Shown: positions 42,312 through 51,889, numbered from the stretch's first letter. The stretch is DNA of 64,000 nucleotides from an uncultured Chitinophaga sp. (GCA_966211525.1 CBIHOZ010000009.1:3901-67900), one strand, 5' to 3'. Made by a program: numbers and translations. Notes: generated from the letters alone by a model not told the origin.

Positions 42312-42332
42312 AAAAGGCAACCCCGTAAGAAA

Positions 42333-42623
42333 TTGATGGAGGAACTTTCTATAAAAATAAAGATAGCCGACCGTGAATACCCTATGAAGGTGAAGCGATC
42401 TGATGAAGAGCGGGTACGACTGGCGGGTAAACTCATCAATGAGAAATTAAAATCTTACCGGGAGCAATTTGGGATAGATGACAAGCAAGACTTACTAGCG
42501 ATGGTAGCGTTCGATTGCCTTGTAGATAAAATGGCAGCCGATGAAACGCACCAGGTTATTGACCAGACTGTGTTTGAGAAAGTAAATCAACTCAACCACC
42601 TGGTGTCCCAATCCATTCTGTAA
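42333..42623 (+). CDS. zapA: Cell division protein ZapA
   Basis: IKIADREYPMKV, DKQDLLAM; pheT-zapA-rny synteny. Confidence 0.88.
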   Translation: MMEELSIKIKIADREYPMKVKRSDEERVRLAGKLINEKLKSYREQFGIDDKQDLLAMVAFDCLVDKMAADETHQVIDQTVFEKVNQLNHLVSQSIL

Positions 42624-42695
42624 TTTTCTTTACTCCTATTACTTTCTGAGCCAAGGCGGCATACCGGGGTAGTATATATAACCCCTAATTTTTTT

Positions 42696-44267
42696 ATGTC
42701 TCTCTTTTACGTCATAGTTATTGCCAGCAGCATTGTGGCAACTATCGTGTTGAGTATTGTTATCGGGTCCATCCTTTCCAGCAAAAAAATGAAAAGGAAT
42801 GTGGAAGACGCAGACGACCGCGCCAAGCTGATCATTAAAGAAGCTGAAATCGCAGCCGAGAATTTGAAGAAGGACAGGATCCTGGAAGCAAAAGAAAAGA
42901 TCCTGAAGATGCGCTCGGAGTTTGAAGAAGAAGCAAACAAGAAGAAGAACGTTATCATCAGCAACGAACAAAAGATCAAGCAGCGCGAGCAAACGCTAAG
43001 CAAGGAAATTGAAAGTTTAAAACGTAAGGAAGGCGAGCTTGACGACATCCGTACTGACCTGGCAGCACAGCTCGAGCATGTTAAGAAACGCAAGGAAGAA
43101 CTTGATAAATTCAACCAGCAGAAAATTCAGGTTCTTGAAAACATCTCCAAGCTTACAGCCGATGAAGCACGCGAGCAACTTATTGCATCGCTGAAAGATG
43201 AAGCACAAACCCGCGCTTCAAGCTATATCAAAGACATTATGGAGCAGGCTAAACTTACTGCTACCAAAGAAGCCAAGAAGATTGTTGTTGAAACCATTCA
43301 GCGCACCGCTACCGAGCATGCTGTTGAAAACTGCGTTTCGATCTTTAACATCGAGAGCGATGATATTAAAGGTAAAGTAATTGGTCGCGAAGGACGAAAT
43401 ATACGCGCCCTTGAAGCAGCAACCGGTGTTGAAATTATAGTAGACGATACTCCGGAAGCCATTATCATTTCAGGTTTCGACCCGGTGCGCAGAGAGATCG
43501 CACGTCTGTCGCTACACCGCCTCGTGCAAGACGGCCGTATACACCCAGCCCGTATCGAAGAGATTGTAGCAAAGACTACCAAGAACATTGAAGATGAAAT
43601 TGTAGAGATCGGTGAGCGCACCGTGATAGATTTAGGTATACATGGTCTTCACCCCGAGCTGGTAAAGATGGTAGGCCGCATGCGCTATCGTTCATCCTAC
43701 GGACAAAACCTGTTGCAGCACTCACGCGAAGTTGCCAACCTCTGCGCTATCATGGCGAGCGAACTTGGCCTCAACGTGAAGCAAGCCAAACGTGCCGGCC
43801 TGTTGCACGATATAGGTAAAGTATGGCCGGAAGAACTCGAGAAGCCACACGCTATAGTAGGTATGGAGCTTGCGCAGAAGTATAAAGAGCACCCGGTAAT
43901 TTGCAACGCTATAGGCGCTCACCACGATGAGATTGAAATGACGAGCATCATCTCTCCTATCGTGCAGGCCTGCGATGCTATAAGCGGTGCACGCCCTGGT
44001 GCAAGACGCGAAGTGATGGAGCAATACATCAAGCGCTTGAAAGAACTCGAAGAACTTGGCTTAAGCTTCGATGGTGTAGAGAAATGCTATGCTATACAAG
44101 CCGGCCGCGAGCTGCGCGTAATAGTAGATGCCGAGAAAGCAACAGACGACCGCGCCAACCAGTTAAGCTTCGACATATCGCAGAAAATTGAACGCGACAT
44201 GCAATATCCCGGACAGGTAAAAGTTACCGTAATCCGCGAGATGCGCAGCGTAGCGTACGCGAAGTAA
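42696..44267 (+). CDS. rny: Ribonuclease Y
   Basis: N-terminal TM and coiled coil, KH domain ([13 protein letters not shown]), HD domain (LLHDIGK). Confidence 0.97.
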   Translation: MSLFYVIVIASSIVATIVLSIVIGSILSSKKMKRNVEDADDRAKLIIKEAEIAAENLKKDRILEAKEKILKMRSEFEEEANKKKNVIISNEQKIKQREQTLSKEIESLKRKEGELDDIRTDLAAQLEHVKKRKEELDKFNQQKIQVLENISKLTADEAREQLIASLKDEAQTRASSYIKDIMEQAKLTATKEAKKIVVETIQRTATEHAVENCVSIFNIESDDIKGKVIGREGRNIRALEAATGVEIIVDDTPEAIIISGFDPVRREIARLSLHRLVQDGRIHPARIEEIVAKTTKNIEDEIVEIGERTVIDLGIHGLHPELVKMVGRMRYRSSYGQNLLQHSREVANLCAIMASELGLNVKQAKRAGLLHDIGKVWPEELEKPHAIVGMELAQKYKEHPVICNAIGAHHDEIEMTSIISPIVQACDAISGARPGARREVMEQYIKRLKELEELGLSFDGVEKCYAIQAGRELRVIVDAEKATDDRANQLSFDISQKIERDMQYPGQVKVTVIREMRSVAYAK

Positions 44268-44293
44268 TTTTATAGTTACTCGCTATATACTTT

Positions 44294-44326
44294 AAAATAA
44301 GCCCCGGTTATCGGGGCTTATTTTTT
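44294..44326 (+). terminator. rny terminator; left boundary of the accessory region
   Basis: AAAATAAGCCCCG-GTTAT-CGGGGCTTATTTT. Confidence 0.85.
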
Positions 44327-44403
44327 ATACTGACTTATGATTTATCTTCCCTAAAAAGATTAATTGATGATATTACATTTCTTTGCATAGAAGATAACTT
44401 TAT

Positions 44404-44634
44404 ATGAAATCACGACTGAATCTTAGCATAGAACAAAATCTTTTAAATCAAATAAAACGATATGCTGACTCTAATCAAGTAAGCATCTCTGAACTTGTTG
44501 AAGAATACTTCAAAAGTGTTATACACCAAAAAACGCTCAACAACATCATCGATCTTGTTGAGAGATTACCGAACCATTCAATTTCTCCTTCGCAGAATTT
44601 GAAAAAAGGGTTCTATGAAGATTACAATAAATGA
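44404..44634 (+). CDS. DUF6364-like ribbon-helix-helix antitoxin, no toxin adjacent
   Basis: MKSRLNLSIEQNLLNQIKRYA...SISELVEEYF is an RHH pattern. Confidence 0.7.
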   Translation: MKSRLNLSIEQNLLNQIKRYADSNQVSISELVEEYFKSVIHQKTLNNIIDLVERLPNHSISPSQNLKKGFYEDYNK

Positions 44635-44652
44635 AATCAGTTATAGGCGGTT

Positions 44653-44826
44653 ATGAATAGAGAAAAAGTGATTGCTGTGCTTCAGGAACTTCCGCAGGAA
44701 TTTAACCTTGAAGAGCTAATAGATAAACTCATCTTTGTAGAAAAAGTAGAGCAAGGATTAAAACAACTCGATCAAGGAGAAAGTGTCCTTCACCAGAATG
44801 TAAAGGACATAATACCGTTGGCATAG
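44653..44826 (+). CDS. Small putative antitoxin (57 aa, not in ORF track)
   Basis: Hand translation MNREKVIAVLQELPQEFNLEELIDKLIFVEKVEQGLKQLDQGESVLHQNVKDIIPLA; resembles small proteins usually found upstream of RelE/ParE toxins. Confidence 0.6.
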   Translation: MNREKVIAVLQELPQEFNLEELIDKLIFVEKVEQGLKQLDQGESVLHQNVKDIIPLA

Positions 44827-44857
44827 AACTATCCGTAACGTATTTACATTGCTTACG

Positions 44858-45169
44858 CTAAGCTTTTTCTCTGTGCCCCTTTGAGCCTCCTTCGAGCCCT
44901 CCGTGCAATTGGATTTCGTTGTCATCATCATCCGCCTCATGCCACCCACGAGTTTCCTTCGCAGCCCTATCCAGCAACTCGAATAGCAGCGTAAGATCAT
45001 CCATCCAACTATCAAACTCTGGCGACAGAAAGTCTTTGTTATGCCCTATATATTCAATCAATAACGTGCGCAGGCACCGGTTAAGCCGCTCCGGCGGAGT
45101 ATATAACATAAAATGGTGAAAGGCCTCCGCCAACCGTTCACTAACAATCCGTTCATCTGTGTGTGACAT
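44858..45169 (-). CDS. Hypothetical protein divergent from XRE regulator
   Basis: 103-aa ORF; acidic C-terminus runs into a CACAGAG-type repeat. Confidence 0.55.
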   Translation of the reverse strand: MSHTDERIVSERLAEAFHHFMLYTPPERLNRCLRTLLIEYIGHNKDFLSPEFDSWMDDLTLLFELLDRAAKETRGWHEADDDDNEIQLHGGLEGGSKGHREKA

Positions 45170-45286
45170 ATAACATTAAGGTTTAATGGCGGCAAATAGC
45201 ACCCCGCTTAAAAAGTACCGCACCACACGACAAAATATATAACGACCTCGAAGGGTTGTTTTTTACCTATCAACTATTTTTTACAT

Positions 45287-45715
45287 TTGAGTATGACAGA
45301 GAAACTTCACATTGGCAGAAAAGTAGCACGCCTGCGCGAGTTACGAGGCATAAAACAAGAAACGTTAGCTGAACAGTTAGGCATTAGCCAACAGGCTGTT
45401 TCCAAGTTAGAGCAAAGTGAGAATATCGAAGATACTACGCTCGATCGCTTAGCAAAAGCATTGGGATTCACCTCGGATGCTATAAAGAACTTCAGCGAAG
45501 AATCTATACTATATAACATTCAGAATAATTACGAAGGTGCTACCAATAACGTTGTACAACAATATCAATGCACCTTCAATCCTCTTGATGAGTATAGGAA
45601 CGAAGTAAAAGAAAACAAACGCCTGAGCGAAGAAAATAAAAAACTATATGAATCTCTTTTGAAAGAGAAAGATGAAAAGATTGCGTTGTTGAAGAAGATG
45701 TTGGAGGGGAAGTAG
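45287..45715 (+). CDS. XRE family HTH transcriptional regulator
   Basis: RELRGIKQETLAEQLGISQQAVSKLE helix-turn-helix with a C-terminal coiled coil. Confidence 0.9.
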   Translation: MSMTEKLHIGRKVARLRELRGIKQETLAEQLGISQQAVSKLEQSENIEDTTLDRLAKALGFTSDAIKNFSEESILYNIQNNYEGATNNVVQQYQCTFNPLDEYRNEVKENKRLSEENKKLYESLLKEKDEKIALLKKMLEGK

Positions 45716-45747
45716 TTTTAAAGTTTAAACCTTACCAAAAGTAAGTC

Positions 45748-46374
45748 GTGATGACAACCTTAAGAGAGTTTGAAAAAGAAATTAGAGAAAGAGAAAAACT
45801 CCTTAAAAACATTCTTTTACACAAAAGGGATTTTGAATTTCTCAATACCCCTGGAACTCCTGAGCTTATTCGTTTTTTAGCAAAGCATCCTTTATTTGGC
45901 AGATCTAAAGATGCAATCTTCAAGCTTTTATGTATTGAAGTGCACAAACTTTTTTCCGATTTAAAATGCGACAAGTTCAAATTAACTCAACTACTAGAAA
46001 AGATTAAGGAAAATAGAAAAAAAGCAGAATGGAGCGACTGTCTCCAAAAACATGATATCGAACACGTAGAGAAGCTAATCACTCGAGGATTAAGAAATGA
46101 AGCTATAGCAGGACTTAGACGTTACAGGAATAAATACCTAGCACATACTGACATAGAAAAAACAGATGCAACATTTTTTTTAAGCCATTTTTACACGCTT
46201 ATCGAGACCGCATTGGAAGTTATCGATTTTTTGAGAAAGAAAGTTCTTAAAGAAGAATTTAACCTTGAACTATACATACCAGCAGATGGATTCGAAGAAT
46301 TTCGAAGTTTGGCAACAACAAATACTCAATCAGGGTCCCTCGTAGTTCCCAAGGCAAGTGACGCTAATACTTAG
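45748..46374 (+). CDS. HEPN-domain protein (AbiU2-like candidate)
   Basis: RNKYLAH matches the HEPN Rx4-6H motif in an all-helical ~200-aa protein. Confidence 0.6.
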   Translation: MMTTLREFEKEIREREKLLKNILLHKRDFEFLNTPGTPELIRFLAKHPLFGRSKDAIFKLLCIEVHKLFSDLKCDKFKLTQLLEKIKENRKKAEWSDCLQKHDIEHVEKLITRGLRNEAIAGLRRYRNKYLAHTDIEKTDATFFLSHFYTLIETALEVIDFLRKKVLKEEFNLELYIPADGFEEFRSLATTNTQSGSLVVPKASDANT

Positions 46375-46568
46375 TCAGTAAACTTTCAATTAATCATACC
46401 TAATCGCCATTTAGCCCCCATCACCCACTACAACTCTCAATAGCAGAATCGTTCAAGTAATTATATCTTAATCTAGCAATTTGTCTATACTATATGTGAC
46501 TAACGATTTTACTAAAAGACAAAGTGTAAATAACATTAAGATGGCCCATTCCTTTTTATCCGTAGAGA

Positions 46569-47006
46569 ATGCCCCACACAGAAAGAACAATCTGTGTAAC
46601 AGATTCTTTCCTCCGTCTCTTTATGTATTTGTTCATTGAAGCTATTAATAAAAGTGGACTAACGCAGAACCAACTTAACATCTATAATCATTATGAATTA
46701 GAGTTAAAGCAAGTGAACACCTCTTTCATTGACTTCAAACTACAGGAAATATATGAAGATACTGAATTAATGAGCTGGTATACTTTGGCTCTCGACACAC
46801 TATCTTCATCACTCGATTCGAATGGAAAGGCTATAGACAACAATTACTTAAATGAGATAAAAGAATTAAAAAAGAACGACAGTAACTACACCAGACCTAT
46901 TGAGATCGGCAAACTTAAAAACTTGATCAATGATTTATACTGGGTTCTTGGTAAAGAAAATATCTATCCGTCTGATGACTTTAAATGGTTCGAAAAACCA
47001 ATATGA
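46569..47006 (+). CDS. Hypothetical protein (immunity-like)
   Basis: 145-aa acidic cytoplasmic ORF; no family recognised. Confidence 0.6.
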   Translation: MPHTERTICVTDSFLRLFMYLFIEAINKSGLTQNQLNIYNHYELELKQVNTSFIDFKLQEIYEDTELMSWYTLALDTLSSSLDSNGKAIDNNYLNEIKELKKNDSNYTRPIEIGKLKNLINDLYWVLGKENIYPSDDFKWFEKPI

Positions 47007-47020
47007 CATTGCTCCTATAC

Positions 47021-47057
47021 GCACCATCACGGTCACTGGCCGCCGGGACTCTGATGC
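47021..47057 (+). repeat. Type-B hairpin repeat, degenerate
   Basis: GCACCATCACGGTCACTGGCCGCCGGGACTCTGATGC, 14 nt after the stop at 47006. Confidence 0.65.
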
Positions 47058-47058
47058 C

Positions 47059-47100
47059 TAGTAGCAGTATCGCTGTTTTGAGAAAGATATAGTTTGTAAT
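47059..47100 (+). repeat. Type-C 42-bp repeat, copy 1 (diverged)
   Basis: TAGTAGCAGTATCGCTGTTTTGAGAAAGATATAGTTTGTAAT aligns with 54132 and 54601. Confidence 0.55.
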
Positions 47101-47137
47101 TTCAACGTACCACGTTAGTAGACACTCCTTCTCCGCA

Positions 47138-47437
47138 ATGAAAAAACTGAAATCAATTTTAGGACTTTTAATAATTGCTTTACTCTCAGCTTCGTGTAAG
47201 AGTTATTACAACGATACAATTGACTGGATGGACAACATCGAATTGGGAACAAGCTTGGAGGACGTCAAGAGAAACCAACCCAACTTTGTTGAGATTGACT
47301 GGAGTAAACCTGACACACTTGATGAAGGATTAAGATTTAGAATTAAAAAAATTAAAGGGAGCAACGACATATTGAACATGAACCACTTTGTGGTGTTCTC
47401 TGACAATAAATATGCGGGACGAGAATCTATTAAATAA
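47138..47437 (+). CDS. Small lipoprotein
   Basis: Lipobox LSASC. Confidence 0.75.
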   Translation: MKKLKSILGLLIIALLSASCKSYYNDTIDWMDNIELGTSLEDVKRNQPNFVEIDWSKPDTLDEGLRFRIKKIKGSNDILNMNHFVVFSDNKYAGRESIK

Positions 47438-47463
47438 GATCATAGCGGCAGACATCAGTTTTT

Positions 47464-47570
47464 AAGTCTCCGAAGAGTCTCCCGCCTCGGGGACTCTTAC
47501 GGGAGCACGCACTTAGCAACAGGCAGCTTTTAAAAAACGCATAGTCCCGAAACGGAGACTATGCTTGGAC
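47464..47570 (+). repeat. Type-A 107-bp double-hairpin element, full copy
   Basis: AAGTCTCCGAAGAGTCTCCCGCCTCGGGGACTC...GCATAGTCCCGAAACGGAGACTATGCTTGGAC. Confidence 0.95.
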
Positions 47571-47661
47571 TGTCTTCTTCCCACGGGCCATAATATATCT
47601 GTCTACAAATGGATATAAACAATGAGATTGATATATTAGAATATTAGCGATAATATTTTAG

Positions 47662-48378
47662 ATGGGAATCTTCGACCTTTTCAAAAACAAGACAGCGGAA
47701 GACTACTTCGGAAAAGTAATCAGTTTTACGCTCGACAATATTAGCAAAGCAGTTTTGAGTAATTGCAAAAACGGTGATTATGTAAATCTTTGGACAAAGT
47801 CGGACATGGATAGAGTAATGATCTACGCACCAAATTCTATTGGTGGGTCTGGGCAATTAGGAGTGGTACCAAGCAAGTATGCTAAAATTATCAAAGCACA
47901 TATTCTTGGACAAAAAGATTATGGGATTTCCGGACCGTCAACAAATAATTATAACGCTTCAATAATAAATATATCTGGGGCAAGTTGTACAATCGGAATC
48001 AAGTTATACTCAACCAAAGAACACGAACGAATTATACAGGAAATGATTAATCGTGACAAGGCTGCAACAAAAGCGGACTTGGAGAAGAAGTATAAAATGA
48101 CCAAGCCTGTGGAAATTAAGTTTAATATAAAGAGAACTGACGTGACGAATTTTGACAACTTGAAACTTAAAGTCTTTGAGAAGGAATTTTATATTGAGTA
48201 TCCATATGACTTTAAACTACAATTAGTCGATGACCACAATCGAATTGTAGCTGAAACGGTTTCGCAGAAGGAAAAAGTAACGAGAATTGTAAAAGGCTTC
48301 TATAACGGACAGAAAATTAGTATCACCAAAATTGAAAAAGAGCGTGACTATCTGAAAACCACAATAAGTGGTGAGTAA
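47662..48378 (+). CDS. Hypothetical protein (possible HIRAN-like N-terminal fold)
   Basis: 238-aa ORF; GDYVNL...VMIY...QLGVVP pattern is reminiscent of HIRAN. Confidence 0.6.
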   Translation: MGIFDLFKNKTAEDYFGKVISFTLDNISKAVLSNCKNGDYVNLWTKSDMDRVMIYAPNSIGGSGQLGVVPSKYAKIIKAHILGQKDYGISGPSTNNYNASIINISGASCTIGIKLYSTKEHERIIQEMINRDKAATKADLEKKYKMTKPVEIKFNIKRTDVTNFDNLKLKVFEKEFYIEYPYDFKLQLVDDHNRIVAETVSQKEKVTRIVKGFYNGQKISITKIEKERDYLKTTISGE

Positions 48379-48474
48379 AAAGAACTACTTAAAATAGATG
48401 AGTACAATCCATATGAATAACAATAACGAAATATATTTTGGAGACAAAAAAAATATATACCCGAGAAGAAACTT

Positions 48475-48526
48475 AAGTCTCCGAAGAGTCTCCCGCCTCG
48501 GGGACTCTGGCGGAAGCACGCACTTA
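48475..48526 (+). repeat. Type-A element, 3'-truncated
   Basis: Identical left hairpin; similarity ends after GCACGCACTTA. Confidence 0.9.
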
Positions 48527-48580
48527 TTAGCACAAATCCTTGTCGTGATGAGTTCTTAAATTTTAATAATTTATACATAC

Positions 48581-48787
48581 ATGGACTATACTGCAATATT
48601 TAAACAAACCTATAATGATTTATTGCCAGACTCCCTGGAGACCGCGCTAATTGCCATGAAGATTGCAGGTGCATCGCAGATAGACAGCATCAGAGTAGTG
48701 ATGTCTGAGCTAAAAATAACTCTTCGGGAAGCGGATGCTTTAATCCTAAATTCCAAGACTTGGGAGGATAAGAAGGAGTTAACTTAG
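48581..48787 (+). CDS. Small hypothetical protein (immunity-like)
   Basis: 68 aa, GASQIDSIRVVMSELKITLREAD...NSKTW. Confidence 0.55.
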   Translation: MDYTAIFKQTYNDLLPDSLETALIAMKIAGASQIDSIRVVMSELKITLREADALILNSKTWEDKKELT

Positions 48788-48850
48788 AAATTAAGGAACG
48801 ACATCGCTGACATATGGAGCGGTCCTGAATAGCAGTATCGATCATAATTA

Positions 48851-48957
48851 AAGTCTCCGAAGAGTCTCCCGCCTCGGGGACTCTGTCGGAAGCACACACT
48901 TAGCAACGGCCAGCTTTTCAAAAACGCATAGTCCCGAAACGGAGACTATGCTTGGGC
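48851..48957 (+). repeat. Type-A element, full copy
   Basis: Both hairpins identical to the 47464 copy. Confidence 0.95.
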
Positions 48958-48997
48958 ACCAACGCTCAATATTTCTTTTTGAAACTTAGAGAGAAAG

Positions 48998-49879
48998 ATG
49001 AAAAAAATCATAATTGCAATTCTTGTTAGTATACTTTTCTCAAGTTGTTTTATTGGTGCAGGTACTCATGGAAAAATAGAAAGTTACCAACTGCCTTATT
49101 CTAATGAACATATTGTTAACGCTGTCGATCAATTTCTTTTAGCTAATCCTTTGTATTTTGAAAGTACTGAAGATAATGGTTGGATTTACATTAAGATACC
49201 TCCAGAGAACAACAGATTCGGATTCACCATTGGAGGTCAATCTGAAATCGTGTTAATAGCGGTAGGCAAAGAAAACGAAACAACTAAATGGAATAAAGAT
49301 CTCTCGTCTTCAGAGAAGAGAACGTTCTCTGAAATCTTCAAAGAGAAATTCGTAAACAAATTACACCCTGCAACTACATCTGAAGATTTACTTAAAAGCC
49401 CCTTTACTCTTACCATTAATAACAATGCGGATGCTGATTTATGGCCAGAGTATATTTTTACATCGGAGACACTAATAAGCTACCCGCTACCTTTTGAATT
49501 TGATAGTTTGAAACTTGATTACTTCGAGGATCTAGTTGTATCCTTTAGCAAACAGATAGGGCGTCAAATACAGGTAAATCAATTTTACAATATTTTCAGG
49601 ATAGACAAAGATTACTCAGGTTACATTGCAGACAGTATTTATATTACCAAGCTGTATCGCACAATAGGATGTAACAAAAAGGCCATAACCATTTTTGATA
49701 ACATTGCATGGGGCCAGTATATAGATGTTAAAAATCAACGTAACAGAATTCAAGACTATAAAAGATTACGCAAACAAAAAACAGAAAGAGGATATAGAGA
49801 AACAGATGTTTACTCTGAATTTTCAGAAGAACGCTGGATGCTGAGTGATAGACATCTAATTCGCAATCAAGATGATTGA
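48998..49879 (+). CDS. Lipoprotein, unknown function
   Basis: Lipobox LFSSC. Confidence 0.75.
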   Translation: MKKIIIAILVSILFSSCFIGAGTHGKIESYQLPYSNEHIVNAVDQFLLANPLYFESTEDNGWIYIKIPPENNRFGFTIGGQSEIVLIAVGKENETTKWNKDLSSSEKRTFSEIFKEKFVNKLHPATTSEDLLKSPFTLTINNNADADLWPEYIFTSETLISYPLPFEFDSLKLDYFEDLVVSFSKQIGRQIQVNQFYNIFRIDKDYSGYIADSIYITKLYRTIGCNKKAITIFDNIAWGQYIDVKNQRNRIQDYKRLRKQKTERGYRETDVYSEFSEERWMLSDRHLIRNQDD

Positions 49880-49888
49880 TGTTCTGAC

Positions 49889-49998
49889 GCACCATCAGAG
49901 TCACCGGGCCCGTCTCGGTGACTCTGGCCGAAGCACGCACTTAGCAACAGGCGCTCTTCAAAAGAAGCATAGTCCCGAAACGGAGACTATGCTTGGAC
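49889..49998 (+). repeat. Hybrid element: type-B left hairpin plus type-A right part
   Basis: GCACCATCAGAGTCACCG...CGGTGACTCT followed by GGCCGAAGCACGCACTTAGCAACAGGC...GCATAGTCCCGAAACGGAGACTATGCTTGGAC. Confidence 0.92.
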
Positions 49999-50224
49999 AG
50001 CAAGTGATTCTAAAGCAATCTTCCCTATTCGTTTTTCAAGCATAAAAAACTTCATTTTATTTTACCCATACGTTAACCATTAACGAGGTATTAATATTTA
50101 CATGTTGATAGTATAAGAGTAATTACCGGTAGAATAATTTGAGCAAAACCTGATTTTCCCGGTATAGTATATCATACATAAATGCGTGTTATTGTGTTCA
50201 ACAAACTAAAATTCGTATTTCTTT

Positions 50225-51400
50225 ATGTTAAAAAAAACTACGCTACCAACACTTTGTCTACTGTTAACATTTGCATTTAGTTGTAACGACCAAAGTGTGA
50301 TTGAACAACATGATACTGTTGTCCCATTCGATCCCAGTACAACTACAACTCTACCGCATGATACAGGTACACCAGCCTATACATTTAAGTTAACAAGCCA
50401 GGCTAGTATATATGCAAATGTAAAAAGTACTTTTTCCAATATAAAAGTTGACTCTGACCTGGTTTCAGTTAACAACGAAGGTGTAAAGATAGCCGACTTT
50501 TCGCGTCTGGATAATATACCCGCTAATCTGGCATTTCTAAAAAATGTAAAAGTTTTTGATGATGAAGCAGGCACAATGCAGGCATTGACAAACGAGGAGT
50601 TTAGACAATTAATGATCAATCAGCTTAACGCTTGCGAATTTTCCGATGCGTTCAAGCAAATATTTATAGACTTCTACGATTACATCAAAAACACGATGCC
50701 TACTAAATCTTATGAATCTTTTAACATAAAATGCAATAGTTTTATGGAAAGGGTAGCTATAGGCGCTTCCGCATCAAAATATACGGAACTGGAAAAATTT
50801 GCAGTTGTTCAGGTCTTTGCTCAGTTAAGACAACTGGTAAAGTATACCTACGAAAATCCAAGCTCAGCATGGAATAACACAGCAAATGGACGTAGCAGCT
50901 CTGGTGGTTGTTTGCCTAAGACAAAAGATGAGTGGAAGGCCATTGCGGAGGCTGCATTTACAGGTGGAGTGATGGCAGGTGTTAGCTTAGGAATCAAAGG
51001 CATCGAAGCCGGTGCTATAGCAACCACTGCTGCCGGTAATCCTGTTGCCGGGGGCGTTGTAGGTGGGATAATTGGCTTTACAATTGGCTTTACCAGTGGT
51101 GCAATTGGCAGTGGCAGTGTAAAACTAATGTTTGATTGCTTATGGAAAAAAGCCGCCAGCTTAAATGTGCCATTAACAACTTTTGTTTGTAGCGGAAAGG
51201 TATATCAAGCTTACACCAATTCAATTCCAACTGGATGTGAAGCTGGAGGAAATAGCATTATCACACAACAGCCTTATCAAGATCATGTTAAACGAATGCT
51301 AAAAGGAATTTTTGAGTTAGGTGTTGTACCGAACGCAGGCAAACAAAAGATTAATGTTAATGTGGAGAATGACATTAAATTTGTAGTATCAAACTTATGA
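50225..51400 (+). CDS. Lipoprotein with glycine-zipper hydrophobic segment (candidate antibacterial pre-pro-toxin)
   Basis: Lipobox FAFSC (Cys20); NGR at residues 221-223; GxxxG-rich stretch at about residues 247-297. Confidence 0.6.
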   Translation: MLKKTTLPTLCLLLTFAFSCNDQSVIEQHDTVVPFDPSTTTTLPHDTGTPAYTFKLTSQASIYANVKSTFSNIKVDSDLVSVNNEGVKIADFSRLDNIPANLAFLKNVKVFDDEAGTMQALTNEEFRQLMINQLNACEFSDAFKQIFIDFYDYIKNTMPTKSYESFNIKCNSFMERVAIGASASKYTELEKFAVVQVFAQLRQLVKYTYENPSSAWNNTANGRSSSGGCLPKTKDEWKAIAEAAFTGGVMAGVSLGIKGIEAGAIATTAAGNPVAGGVVGGIIGFTIGFTSGAIGSGSVKLMFDCLWKKAASLNVPLTTFVCSGKVYQAYTNSIPTGCEAGGNSIITQQPYQDHVKRMLKGIFELGVVPNAGKQKINVNVENDIKFVVSNL

Positions 51401-51642
51401 AACGTGTAATTAGCTTTTTAGGATACTTCGTTTTCTTCTTGGTATCCTTGTACGCATTAAGTCATGTTAGATTTTTTTCTACAACTGCAATGAACATGTC
51501 AGAAACAAAAAATATAGCGTGGCTTATAACCACCTCATTTGTATTGAGCTTGGGTTATACATTGACTAGCGAGAGGATAAAAAGATTCATTGGCAATACA
51601 ACAAAAAAAATAGTAGACAAAAAGAAGCATGATCCGAACTGA
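51397..51642 (+). CDS. Two-TM small membrane protein (candidate immunity)
   Basis: ATGA overlap with the upstream gene; two hydrophobic helices and a basic tail. Confidence 0.6.
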   Translation: MKRVISFLGYFVFFLVSLYALSHVRFFSTTAMNMSETKNIAWLITTSFVLSLGYTLTSERIKRFIGNTTKKIVDKKKHDPN

Positions 51643-51655
51643 GTATCAGACCTGA

Positions 51656-51683
51656 CTCCATCAGAGTCACCGGCCGGTGACTC
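51656..51683 (+). repeat. Type-B hairpin
   Basis: CTCCATCAGAGTCACCGGCCGGTGACTC, 13 nt after the stop. Confidence 0.85.
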
Positions 51684-51744
51684 CTTAAGCCTGCCCCAAA
51701 GACACCCAATCTCCATTTCAAAAGTTGAGATAATATTTTAAATT

Positions 51745-51851
51745 AAGTCTCCGAAGAGTCTCCCGCCTCGGGGACTCTTGCGGAAGCACACACTTAGCAA
51801 CAGGCGTTTTTCAAAACACGCATAGTCCCGAAACGGAGACTATGCTTCGAC
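51745..51851 (+). repeat. Type-A element, full copy
   Basis: Both hairpins identical to the consensus. Confidence 0.95.
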
Positions 51852-51889
51852 TGTCATAATCCTTAAATTGTAATTTGATTTTGCCAAAG

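Noticed and set aside
42624-42695. 6S RNA downstream of zapA
   Set aside because: Only 72 nt separate zapA and rny, too short for 6S RNA.
48690-48899. Minus-strand ORFs spanning repeats (also 53520-53840)
   Set aside because: They overlap real + strand genes, and their shared peptide sequence comes only from the repeat DNA.
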